Positions 56,073-64,000 of a stretch of 64,000 nucleotides of DNA are shown here, one piece after another. Position numbers and translations under genes: made by a program. The stretch is from contig OY776562.1 in the NCBI GenBank assembly GCA_963675785.1, positions 2,304,001 through 2,368,000 of the forward strand, in the 5' to 3' direction. The notes beneath the pieces are model-generated. The model did no database searches, was not told the origin of the DNA, and worked only from the letters and a program-made list of their open reading frames with translations. This stretch comes from Anaerolineae bacterium. Its GTDB lineage: Bacteria; Chloroflexota; Anaerolineae; UBA1429. Positions within the stretch are counted from its first letter, which is position 1. Each line of letters opens with the position of its first letter.

Positions 56073-57683
56073 ATGAAAAAGAACCAGAAATTAACCAAAG
56101 CATTACCTACGCTTGGCTGCCTCACAGTCGTCGTCGTTGTCATTGTGCTGGTAATCACTATGGGCTGGCCAATGCTCAAGTCAGCTGTAGGGGTAGATAC
56201 ATCAAGCGCTACGTCGTCATTCGATCTTATTGGTTCAACTGTCGATGCGACTGTGGAGATAGGCTCTGTTTCTGATGGTATTCAGCTCTATGGCACAGTG
56301 AATCCGGTACAAGAGGCATCTTTGACTTTTGGTTATGGCAACGCAACCGTTTCCGTCGTCAATGTCGAGACCGGTGATACGGTTGCAGAGGGAGCTGTCC
56401 TTGTTCAGGTTGATACTGAAGATCGAGAAAACGACGTCGTTCAAGCCAAAGCAGACTTGCAGGATGCTGAAGACGAACTTGCCGATCTCTTGAGTGAAAC
56501 CAGTGCAGAGACGAGTCAGCTCAAGCTAGAAGTCGAACTCAGTGAGGCGCAACAACAACTGGCAGAAGACCAGGCTGAACTGGCAGCGTTCGATGCAGGG
56601 GAAGGGACTTCCACTGAAGACAGAGAACGTGCAACAGAAACGCTTGCACAAGCTGAAGCGACGCTGGATGAACTCGTGAATAGTAGCGATCGCCAAGATC
56701 AGATCGATAACCTGCAATGGATTTACAACCAAGCTGAGGTTAAGCATGGTGAGATGACGGTCATCACAAATCCCAGCGAACAAGACTCGGACAAAGAATG
56801 GCTTTTGCGCATCGACATGCTGGAAAAGCAAGAGGCGCTCGAAAAGGCTCAGCTACAATATGAGATGGATATCGCTGCAGCAGAGCACGATGTTGAGGTA
56901 GCGACAAGAGAACTCGCCGAGATCAATGCAGAAATAGCCCTTGGCAGTCAATCGATTACGCGCCAAAAGATCGTTGCCGCAATCATGGCCGACGAAGCGC
57001 GTATTGCTCAGATCAATGCCTCACTGACCAATCTGTCGGAAGATGAAGAAAGTTCCGATATAGCCGAAGCTCGAGCTGCCGTCATCAAGGCTGAAGGCGC
57101 CCTAGAAGAAGCCCAGAATGCTTTGGCCGACTCTATACTCGTTGCACCTTTTGCAGGCACAATCACACAAGTCAATGTCTCTGAGGACAGCGAAGTTTCT
57201 GGCGGCATGACGGCTGTTGTCATCCAAGACAGAACTTCACTTGTTCTGTTGGCGGAAGTAAGCGAAGTGGACATTGTGGATATTGCCGCGGGTGATCAGG
57301 TTATCATCACTTTCGACGCGCTTTCAGACATTGAGGTTACTGGCACGATCGATGAATTGCCGCTAACCGGTACATATGACAGTGGTGTCACGACCTATGA
57401 AGTGCCCATTAACATGGACACAATCCCTTCGACGGTCAAAACGGGCATGTCTGCTAACATACTCATCCCCACAGGTACGATCGAAGATGTACTCGTAGTG
57501 CCAGCCGCTGCAGTATATAGCGATAACAGTGGTGATTATGTGTGGATAGTAGATGGCAACAGCCTTGAACAGCAGTATATCGAAACGGGATATAGCGACG
57601 GGCTGTACACCCAAGTCAATGAGGGGCTCGAAGAGGGGCAGACCATACGGTATGCCACGCAGAGCTACTCATCTGGTTACTGA
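56073..57683 (+). CDS. Efflux adaptor with TM anchor, operon B gene 2 (paralogue of 50022)
   Basis: Colinear similarity including LQWIYNQAEVKHGEMTVI.NPSEQD. Confidence 0.88.
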   Translation: MKKNQKLTKALPTLGCLTVVVVVIVLVITMGWPMLKSAVGVDTSSATSSFDLIGSTVDATVEIGSVSDGIQLYGTVNPVQEASLTFGYGNATVSVVNVETGDTVAEGAVLVQVDTEDRENDVVQAKADLQDAEDELADLLSETSAETSQLKLEVELSEAQQQLAEDQAELAAFDAGEGTSTEDRERATETLAQAEATLDELVNSSDRQDQIDNLQWIYNQAEVKHGEMTVITNPSEQDSDKEWLLRIDMLEKQEALEKAQLQYEMDIAAAEHDVEVATRELAEINAEIALGSQSITRQKIVAAIMADEARIAQINASLTNLSEDEESSDIAEARAAVIKAEGALEEAQNALADSILVAPFAGTITQVNVSEDSEVSGGMTAVVIQDRTSLVLLAEVSEVDIVDIAAGDQVIITFDALSDIEVTGTIDELPLTGTYDSGVTTYEVPINMDTIPSTVKTGMSANILIPTGTIEDVLVVPAAAVYSDNSGDYVWIVDGNSLEQQYIETGYSDGLYTQVNEGLEEGQTIRYATQSYSSGY

Positions 57684-57696
57684 GAGGGGTGCACTC

Positions 57697-59004
57697 GTGA
57701 AACGACTCTTGAAACGACCTATCAATATTGAATTTGCTTTACGTGGTCTAGGGACAAGCAAACTTCGTGCAGCTCTCACGATACTGGGGATCATCATCGG
57801 CATCGCTGCGGTTATCACGATCGTCTCGTTAGGCCAAGGTCTCAGCAGTGCAACCAAGGCACAGATGGAATCCCTTACCAGTGGCATGATCGAAATCACT
57901 TCGTCGTCAAGCTCTTCTAGCATGGGGGGCATGGCTGGCATGATGGGAGGACGCAGTATGTTCTCCATGACACAGTCTACGTCTTCGACAGCCGCTGTAT
58001 TGACACTCGATGACGCCAAAGCCATCAAGACGTTTTCTAGTCGTGTGGATGCTGTAACTGCCGTAATCGAACTGTCGGGCACGCTCGCTTGGAGCGGCCA
58101 GAGTGTTTCCAATAGCGAGATACTCGGTGTCACTTCAGAGTGGCTTGACGTTTATCAGCGGGAGATGTATCTGGGACGTTTTATCTCGGATCAAGACAAT
58201 GAGGATATGTCAGCGGTCATTGTGATTGGCGAGGACTTGGCAGAAGACTTGATGGGCAGCAGCACCAATCCCATCGGTGAAGTAGTTCGTATTACGGTGG
58301 ATGACGTGACACAAAGCTATACGATCATTGGTGTGTTGGCCAGTGATTCGACAGTCACTTCCTCGCAGTACACGCTCATTGTCCCTATGGACTCTGCTAT
58401 TGCGCGAATGCCCGGGGCCCGTGAGAATGGTATCAGCACGATCATCATTCGCGTAGACGCGAGCGACTCGGACGAACGTGATCTAGCCGTAGCTGAAATC
58501 AACACAATCCTGCGTGCCAGCCATAAACTGGAAAGTTCAGAAAGTGAAGATTTCACAATAAGCGACACCATGGAGTTCAGCGAAAGTACATCCAGTTTTG
58601 TACAGGTTCTCACAATCGTCCTATCCATGATCGCCGGTATCTCACTCATTGTGGGCAGTATCGGCCTCATGAACATCATGCTGGTAACGGTAAGCGAACG
58701 CACCTGGGAGATAGGCATGCGCAGGGCCATTGGCGCACAACGCAGTGACATCATGATTCAGTTTCTGATGGAAGCTATCTTCCTGTCACTGGCCGGAGGA
58801 ATAGTGGGTATGGTCCTTGGGATTCTGGGGTCATACGGCGTAGCATCGCTGTATGAAGAACTGCAGGGATATATCACTGTGACGCCCAACATTATCGGCA
58901 TCTCTATTGGCGTATCGGCTGCCGTGGGCATCCTCTCTGGTCTCTATCCTGCCTGGCGAGCTGCCCGATTGCAGCCAACCGAAGCACTGCGTCATGTGGC
59001 CTAG
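57697..59004 (+). CDS. MacB/FtsX-type ABC permease, operon B
   Basis: Same permease motifs as operon A; GTG start after GAGGGG. Confidence 0.92.
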   Translation: MKRLLKRPINIEFALRGLGTSKLRAALTILGIIIGIAAVITIVSLGQGLSSATKAQMESLTSGMIEITSSSSSSSMGGMAGMMGGRSMFSMTQSTSSTAAVLTLDDAKAIKTFSSRVDAVTAVIELSGTLAWSGQSVSNSEILGVTSEWLDVYQREMYLGRFISDQDNEDMSAVIVIGEDLAEDLMGSSTNPIGEVVRITVDDVTQSYTIIGVLASDSTVTSSQYTLIVPMDSAIARMPGARENGISTIIIRVDASDSDERDLAVAEINTILRASHKLESSESEDFTISDTMEFSESTSSFVQVLTIVLSMIAGISLIVGSIGLMNIMLVTVSERTWEIGMRRAIGAQRSDIMIQFLMEAIFLSLAGGIVGMVLGILGSYGVASLYEELQGYITVTPNIIGISIGVSAAVGILSGLYPAWRAARLQPTEALRHVA

Positions 59005-59027
59005 TTGTAGCGAACAGGAGATATTTT

Positions 59028-59720
59028 ATGCCAAGTGATAATGGCGCTTTGTTGCACCTGGAGAGTATTCGCAAGGTCTACCAGATGGGCGAAGTGGAAG
59101 TAGAAGCTATCAAAGATGTCACACTAAAGATCTATCCGGGAGAGTTTGTAGCCATTGTGGGGCCATCGGGCTCTGGCAAGACGACCATGCTCAATATCAC
59201 TGGCTGTCTCGACTTGCCTTCGCATGGCGAGTACTATCTTCAGGGAAAAGACATGATGGCCATGAACGACAAGCAGATCTCGCAGCTTCGCGGTGAAGGG
59301 CTAGGCTTTGTTTTTCAAAACTATAGTTTGCTAAACCGTGCTACGGCTCTGACCAATGTCGAAATGCCTTATCTCTACAAGCACCGCAGTGGCAACCGGG
59401 AACGCGCCAAAGAACTGCTAGAGGCCGTCGGATTGGGGGATCGTCTGAATCACTGCCCCACCGAGATGTCTGGCGGACAGCAGCAACGCGTAGCTGTAGC
59501 CCGAGCTTTGATGAATAACCCGTTCTTGCTGCTAGCCGACGAGCCCACCGGGAACCTGGACACACACTCTGGGCAAGAACTCATGGATCTGTTCGACAAG
59601 CTCAACCAAGAACAGGGTCTCACGATCATCATGGTGACCCATGATGTCGATGTAAGCGAACGGGCCAAACGCATTGTTCATATGCGCGATGGTCTGATCG
59701 AGCATGATCAGATCAATTAA
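59028..59720 (+). CDS. ABC ATP-binding protein, operon B
   Basis: [25 protein letters not shown]. Confidence 0.95.
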   Translation: MPSDNGALLHLESIRKVYQMGEVEVEAIKDVTLKIYPGEFVAIVGPSGSGKTTMLNITGCLDLPSHGEYYLQGKDMMAMNDKQISQLRGEGLGFVFQNYSLLNRATALTNVEMPYLYKHRSGNRERAKELLEAVGLGDRLNHCPTEMSGGQQQRVAVARALMNNPFLLLADEPTGNLDTHSGQELMDLFDKLNQEQGLTIIMVTHDVDVSERAKRIVHMRDGLIEHDQIN

Positions 59721-59727
59721 CCCAAGA

Positions 59728-59759
59728 AGAAGGGGGCAGCAAAAGCTGCCCCTTTTTCT
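59728..59759. terminator. Terminator between convergent genes
   Basis: ggggcagc-aaaa-gctgcccc-ttttt. Confidence 0.8.
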
Positions 59760-61482
59760 AATCAAGCGTGACCAACACGGGTATAGTCCCCGCGCCCTCC
59801 TCAAGCGTTCCTAACGCCTTGCCGATTACTGTGCCCGGAGATGGCACAGTTGAAACCATAGCCAAGCCGAGATTGGAAGAAGAGACCAGTAAATCACCGG
59901 GGGCAATTGAGGCAGAACTAGCATCAACGTTGATCCAGCCGAATGTCCCCGAGGTTACGACATTCACATACTCCCCCGTGAGGATGCTTTCTGATTCGAG
60001 GACCTCCCCATTCTCCTCTGTTGCCTCGTCGAGCACCACACGCTCATCGACCACGCCGACCACGGCGGTACTGTTCGCCTCTGTGCAAGCTTTTACCAAC
60101 AGTAAGGGAATATCACCTAGCACGGGCTCGCCTACGCCGACGATAACCACCACATCGCCTTGATGCAACGGTGTCTCGCCCACGTTCATGGCCAGATCGA
60201 CAAGATAACCGCTCTTGCTACCTTCGACGGTGAGATCGCCCATCACGGTCAAATCGCCAGTCATCGTCGTAATGCCATTGACATAGAGACCAGCTCCGTC
60301 CGAACTCGATCCATCGAGATAGGCTGCCCAAGAACCATATCCGCCAGCAGCATACAGCCCTCGATAGGTGTTCGAGGTAATATAAGCACCATAGCTATTC
60401 TCAGAAGCCAGATAAGCACCGTAGGAATTGGTACTCAGGCCTTGCACTGCATAGCTGTTCGTGCTAGTGCCAACGACGCCTTTGCCATCCTTGGATGTAC
60501 CCATCACACCCACATCCTGGCCGAGTCCCTGCACGCCAATTTTGCCGACAGATGGCTCTTCCAGTGATTGACCGCTCTGGCCCACCACGCCCGAGTTAGT
60601 CTCACTCTCGCCAACGACTCCCGCTTCTGACTCTGAAACGGCCTGAAGGGCTGTTCCGTTAGAAGAACTGAAATATCCACCATAGCCCGTATCCGTGCTG
60701 GCACCATACACCGCTGTGCCAGTCGTGCATGTGCCATACAAAGCATAGCCAGAGTTCGCTTGCCCCTTGAGAGCGATACCTGACTCGCTCGTCCCTAAAA
60801 CGGCCGGGTAGGTTTCTGAGGCAGTCTCAGCCATAAGACCCACACCATTTTCGCTGTAGGCATAGACACCCGGAGCATAGGCATTGGCCTGAGAAGGGTC
60901 GGCACTGCTGGCTGCATAGACACCCGCAGCACTGGTTGAAGTGAACGAGCCGCCATATGAAGAGTCTCCAGTTCCGGTGCTTTGGCCAGCTATGCCCACG
61001 CCACTATTAGAACTGCCAGACAAACCGACGCCAGAATCCGAGGCAACAGAAAGCGCAGTGCCGCTAGAAGCTTGAATGCTGGCCCCCGGCAGCACGCCAG
61101 CAGCATAAGGTACAGCCGTCAATGGTTGACGCGGCGAAAGGGTTTCGCCATCCACTTGAACAGACAGCCAGAGGTCTCGGCCATCGAAAAGACTCGCAGG
61201 AACATTCAGGGTGACATCAAAGATGCCTTCATCCACGGAGACGGCTGTGAGGATACCGCTATCATACAAAGCTGTGACTGACACGGCGCCAGTATAAAGA
61301 CGAAAGCGCATATCGATGAGACCATTTATGGCTACGCCGCCAGCATCTGCCAGATAGCCGCTGTAACCCAGCGAAATATTGCTATCATCAGCAGATAAAA
61401 CTGGTGCGTCGGCAGCTGCTGATGATGCCGCCAAGAGCAGTACGAGGCAACAGACAGATATGAGAAACAGGGATCTCTTCAT
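59758..61482 (-). CDS. Secreted Gly/Ser-rich repeat (probable beta-helix fibre) protein
   Basis: Signal peptide ending AAA/D; many ~11-residue G-V/L-x-G-x-S repeats; C-terminal PGDLLVSS...GTVIGKAL domain. Confidence 0.7.
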   Translation of the reverse strand: MKRSLFLISVCCLVLLLAASSAAADAPVLSADDSNISLGYSGYLADAGGVAINGLIDMRFRLYTGAVSVTALYDSGILTAVSVDEGIFDVTLNVPASLFDGRDLWLSVQVDGETLSPRQPLTAVPYAAGVLPGASIQASSGTALSVASDSGVGLSGSSNSGVGIAGQSTGTGDSSYGGSFTSTSAAGVYAASSADPSQANAYAPGVYAYSENGVGLMAETASETYPAVLGTSESGIALKGQANSGYALYGTCTTGTAVYGASTDTGYGGYFSSSNGTALQAVSESEAGVVGESETNSGVVGQSGQSLEEPSVGKIGVQGLGQDVGVMGTSKDGKGVVGTSTNSYAVQGLSTNSYGAYLASENSYGAYITSNTYRGLYAAGGYGSWAAYLDGSSSDGAGLYVNGITTMTGDLTVMGDLTVEGSKSGYLVDLAMNVGETPLHQGDVVVIVGVGEPVLGDIPLLLVKACTEANSTAVVGVVDERVVLDEATEENGEVLESESILTGEYVNVVTSGTFGWINVDASSASIAPGDLLVSSSNLGLAMVSTVPSPGTVIGKALGTLEEGAGTIPVLVTLD

Positions 61483-61593
61483 TTCGCATCAGCTCCATCG
61501 CAAATCATGACTAGAACAATAGAGTCATCATAACGCAATCAGGAACAGTGATGCAACACAAAAAGATGGGTCACGATACAAAGAGAGAGGTAA

Positions 61594-62901
61594 TTAGCGA
61601 GTTTGGTTCTGCAACCATGTTTCAGCCTGAGCAGTGTTGACAAGTACACCGCGCACCTGAGCCAGGGTCAGTTCGTTGAGGAGGCGGCCAATCTCGGGAC
61701 CAGTTGCGCCGGTGAGCCGCTGTACATCGTTGCCAGTGAGGAGCCGGGGAGGTGTAACGAGCCGATCATGCTGTTCATACCAGGCAGAAAGCAAGGCGTC
61801 ACGCGTTTCTGCCGATGAAGAGCTTGGCGAAAGAGTGGCATGGAACACGGCCGCATCAACGCCCGATTCATTGAGCGCATCATAGTAGGCGTAAATGCGT
61901 TCCGGATCACGCCACCATCCGGGGGCCCAAGCGGAGAGCCAGGCTAGCCCCTGGCGAAGGCGCAGCAAGTGAGCACATTCGCGGCTGCTAAGCACCAGCC
62001 TTTCGCAGATGGCGGGCCAGATTTCATCTTCACCCACAGCCCCCCACAAAAGAAGGGCCAAACGATTGAGCAACCAGCGCGGGCGATCTGCAGCCATGAG
62101 CTGCTGCCAATCTCGATCCAGAGCCTCTGTTAAATACGAATCAGCCACGAATTCAGCAGGCTTTTTCAGCAAAGTGTTCAAGCTCTGAATGCCACAAATC
62201 AGCGCTGTACTCTCAATACCCAACGTTATTTGCGACAAGTCGAGCCTGACGAATAAGTCAAGGGCATTGAGCGGCTCTGGCGCGGACAACATGGCCAGAA
62301 ACTCGTCGCGGATTCGCTCGGGCGAGACAGAAGGCAGCAATTCACGATCGCGCTGTACAAGTTCGAGAGTATGGGCCTCAATAGAAAAGCCCAGTGTGCC
62401 CGCAAAGCGGACAGCACGCAAAACACGAAGGGGATCGTCAGACAAGCTGGCATCGGTAATTGCCCGAATACGCCCATCCTGAAGATCCGTCAGGCCAGAG
62501 GAAACATCGATCACCTGATAGGTTTCATCGCCAATGTGCCAGGCCAGTGCATTCACTGTGAAATCCCTGTGAAACAGATCACCTTCCAGAGTTGGTTCGC
62601 GGTACTTTGTTATGTCAATATGAGTGGCTGCGTCAAGAAGCACGCGGCACACGTCACGTTCGGCATCGAGGACGTAAAAGGCCACATCCAGATCGCGGGC
62701 TAACGCTCGCCCAGTACAGATGGCTCCCTCGGACACCAAGATATCCAGATCAGCAACGGGGCGCCTCAAAAGGAGATCTCGAACGGTGCCCCCTACAACG
62801 AACGCCTCTGGACATGAAGCAAGAAAAGACAGAGCCTGGGCGAAACGCGGCGCAGTGCTCAGCCATGAGCAGAACGCCTCACCCAGACTGTTCGCTAGCA
62901 T
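61594..62901 (-). CDS. Class II tRNA nucleotidyltransferase / poly(A) polymerase family protein
   Basis: VGGTVRDLLL...DLD, RDFTVNALA, DDPLRVLRAVRFA, ERIRDE, GPEIG. Confidence 0.88.
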   Translation of the reverse strand: MLANSLGEAFCSWLSTAPRFAQALSFLASCPEAFVVGGTVRDLLLRRPVADLDILVSEGAICTGRALARDLDVAFYVLDAERDVCRVLLDAATHIDITKYREPTLEGDLFHRDFTVNALAWHIGDETYQVIDVSSGLTDLQDGRIRAITDASLSDDPLRVLRAVRFAGTLGFSIEAHTLELVQRDRELLPSVSPERIRDEFLAMLSAPEPLNALDLFVRLDLSQITLGIESTALICGIQSLNTLLKKPAEFVADSYLTEALDRDWQQLMAADRPRWLLNRLALLLWGAVGEDEIWPAICERLVLSSRECAHLLRLRQGLAWLSAWAPGWWRDPERIYAYYDALNESGVDAAVFHATLSPSSSSAETRDALLSAWYEQHDRLVTPPRLLTGNDVQRLTGATGPEIGRLLNELTLAQVRGVLVNTAQAETWLQNQTR

Positions 62902-63518
62902 GAGATGCCCGCCCGTTTCAGCAACAGGTGCTGCAGGGCAATCACAACTGTAGCAGTTTTCATCTGGCCCTCGCGCATCATACGTACAGCCTCGTCCAAG
63001 GGGAAACTACAAACCAGAATGTCTTCCGATTCGGACTCGAGGCCGCCCAGACATTGCCAACCTGATTCGATTGAGATGGGTGCCAGATACACAAACAGCC
63101 GCTCGGAGCAGGCCCCACCGCTGGGAAACACGGTGGCTACATATTCGAGTTCATCCAAGGTGAGATGCGCCTCTTCCATGGCCTCGCGCCGAACCACGTC
63201 CTCTGGCTGCTGGCCATCCAACATGCCAGCAATAGTCTCCCACAGCCAACCGTCGCCCTCGCGCACATAGGCGGGACAACGGAACTGCTTGATGAGTACC
63301 ACCATACCCGTCTCGGGGTCATAGGGCAGCACGGCCACCGCATCGCCACGTTCGAAAACCAGACGCTTCATCACCGGCCCCATACCGCCACCGAACAGCT
63401 CGTACTGGAGGGTATAGCGGTCTACCTTGAAGAAATCATCAAGCAAGCGTTCGCGGTTTAGCACCTCGACGCGAGATGGCGATAGTTCTTTTAAATTCTT
63501 TTCACTCTTTACAACCAC
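62895..63518 (-). CDS. NUDIX hydrolase, ADP-ribose pyrophosphatase (NudF/NudK-like)
   Basis: ERGDAVAVLPYDP, QFR, AG....P....RREAMEEA, PSGG.CSE, E.EDI. Confidence 0.88.
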   Translation of the reverse strand: MVVKSEKNLKELSPSRVEVLNRERLLDDFFKVDRYTLQYELFGGGMGPVMKRLVFERGDAVAVLPYDPETGMVVLIKQFRCPAYVREGDGWLWETIAGMLDGQQPEDVVRREAMEEAHLTLDELEYVATVFPSGGACSERLFVYLAPISIESGWQCLGGLESESEDILVCSFPLDEAVRMMREGQMKTATVVIALQHLLLKRAGISC

Positions 63519-64000
63519 GCAACCAACTCCCCAACTCCCCACACAGTCAAATCAGGGCATGAATCCGCAAAACGAGCAAGATCGCCATGACTGGCCACGG
63601 CCACAGTCAATGCACCAACCGCCTTGCCCGCCAGAATATCCATCACATAATCACCGCACATGACCGACTCTGCACCCGACACACCAAAAGCATCCAGGGC
63701 CACCTGCAGATGCTCAGGGTTGGGCTTGACCTTGGGGGCATCCTCACGCGCGACCAGTAGATCGCAAGGGATATTGTTAGCCATCAGAATGTATTCGGCT
63801 GCTTTGCGACAATTGCGCGTAACGATGGCCGTTTTGAAACCGCGTAAAGCTAAAGCTGCAAACAATTCCTGCACACCGTCAAACACTCGCGCTGAAGGGG
63901 CCGCCATGAGCTCTACCCGCTCGATGGCTCCATCAGCAGCCAAGCGAAACTCCGCAGCCACCTCAGATGAGGCCTTGGCGGCCTCGTGTTCCACATGATC
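63509..64000 (-). CDS. HAD-family hydrolase (phosphoglycolate phosphatase-like), 5' end outside the window
   Basis: IVTRN, KPNP, GD...DI.AG. Confidence 0.85.
   Translation of the reverse strand, partial: DHVEHEAAKASSEVAAEFRLAADGAIERVELMAAPSARVFDGVQELFAALALRGFKTAIVTRNCRKAAEYILMANNIPCDLLVAREDAPKVKPNPEHLQVALDAFGVSGAESVMCGDYVMDILAGKAVGALTVAVASHGDLARFADSCPDLTVWGVGELVAWL

Overview
Bacterial chromosomal segment of moderate-to-high GC. Gene content and an AGAAC-N4-GTTCT SOS box fit a monoderm-type organism such as Chloroflexota/Anaerolineae (inference). Layout: (1) housekeeping genes at 0-7.4 kb (tgt, PLP aminotransferase, DMT transporter, mutL, PspC/Lia-like pair, CsoR-family regulator). (2) A ~20 kb cytoplasmic glycan-catabolism locus at 7.4-27.1 kb (GH4, Gfo/Idh/MocA, GH78-like, GH2, GH29, FAD oxidoreductase, URO-D-like protein, three tandem ~650 aa paralogues of an unrecognised family, TIM-barrel isomerase, EEP phosphatase). 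(3) ftsH, two orphan pilins, trpF, nitrilase, deaD, yitJ and a pterin-binding methyltransferase at 27-40 kb. (4) A variable region at 40-48 kb. It opens with an array of 281-bp units, each holding a different, almost purely synonymously diverged copy of the methyltransferase 3' end plus a near-invariant hairpin tail. It continues with small accessory genes, a ycaQ/ogt repair pair with a LexA box between them, and an AT-rich SIR2-HerA defence pair. (5) Two paralogous four-gene MacAB-like export operons, each with two long adaptors, flanking a tRNA-Arg(UCG) at 48-60 kb. (6) A secreted repeat protein, a tRNA nucleotidyltransferase, NUDIX and partial HAD genes. No integrase, transposase or CRISPR array was found. 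All calls come from motif recognition by eye. Several starts were trimmed from the ORF track using Shine-Dalgarno positions.
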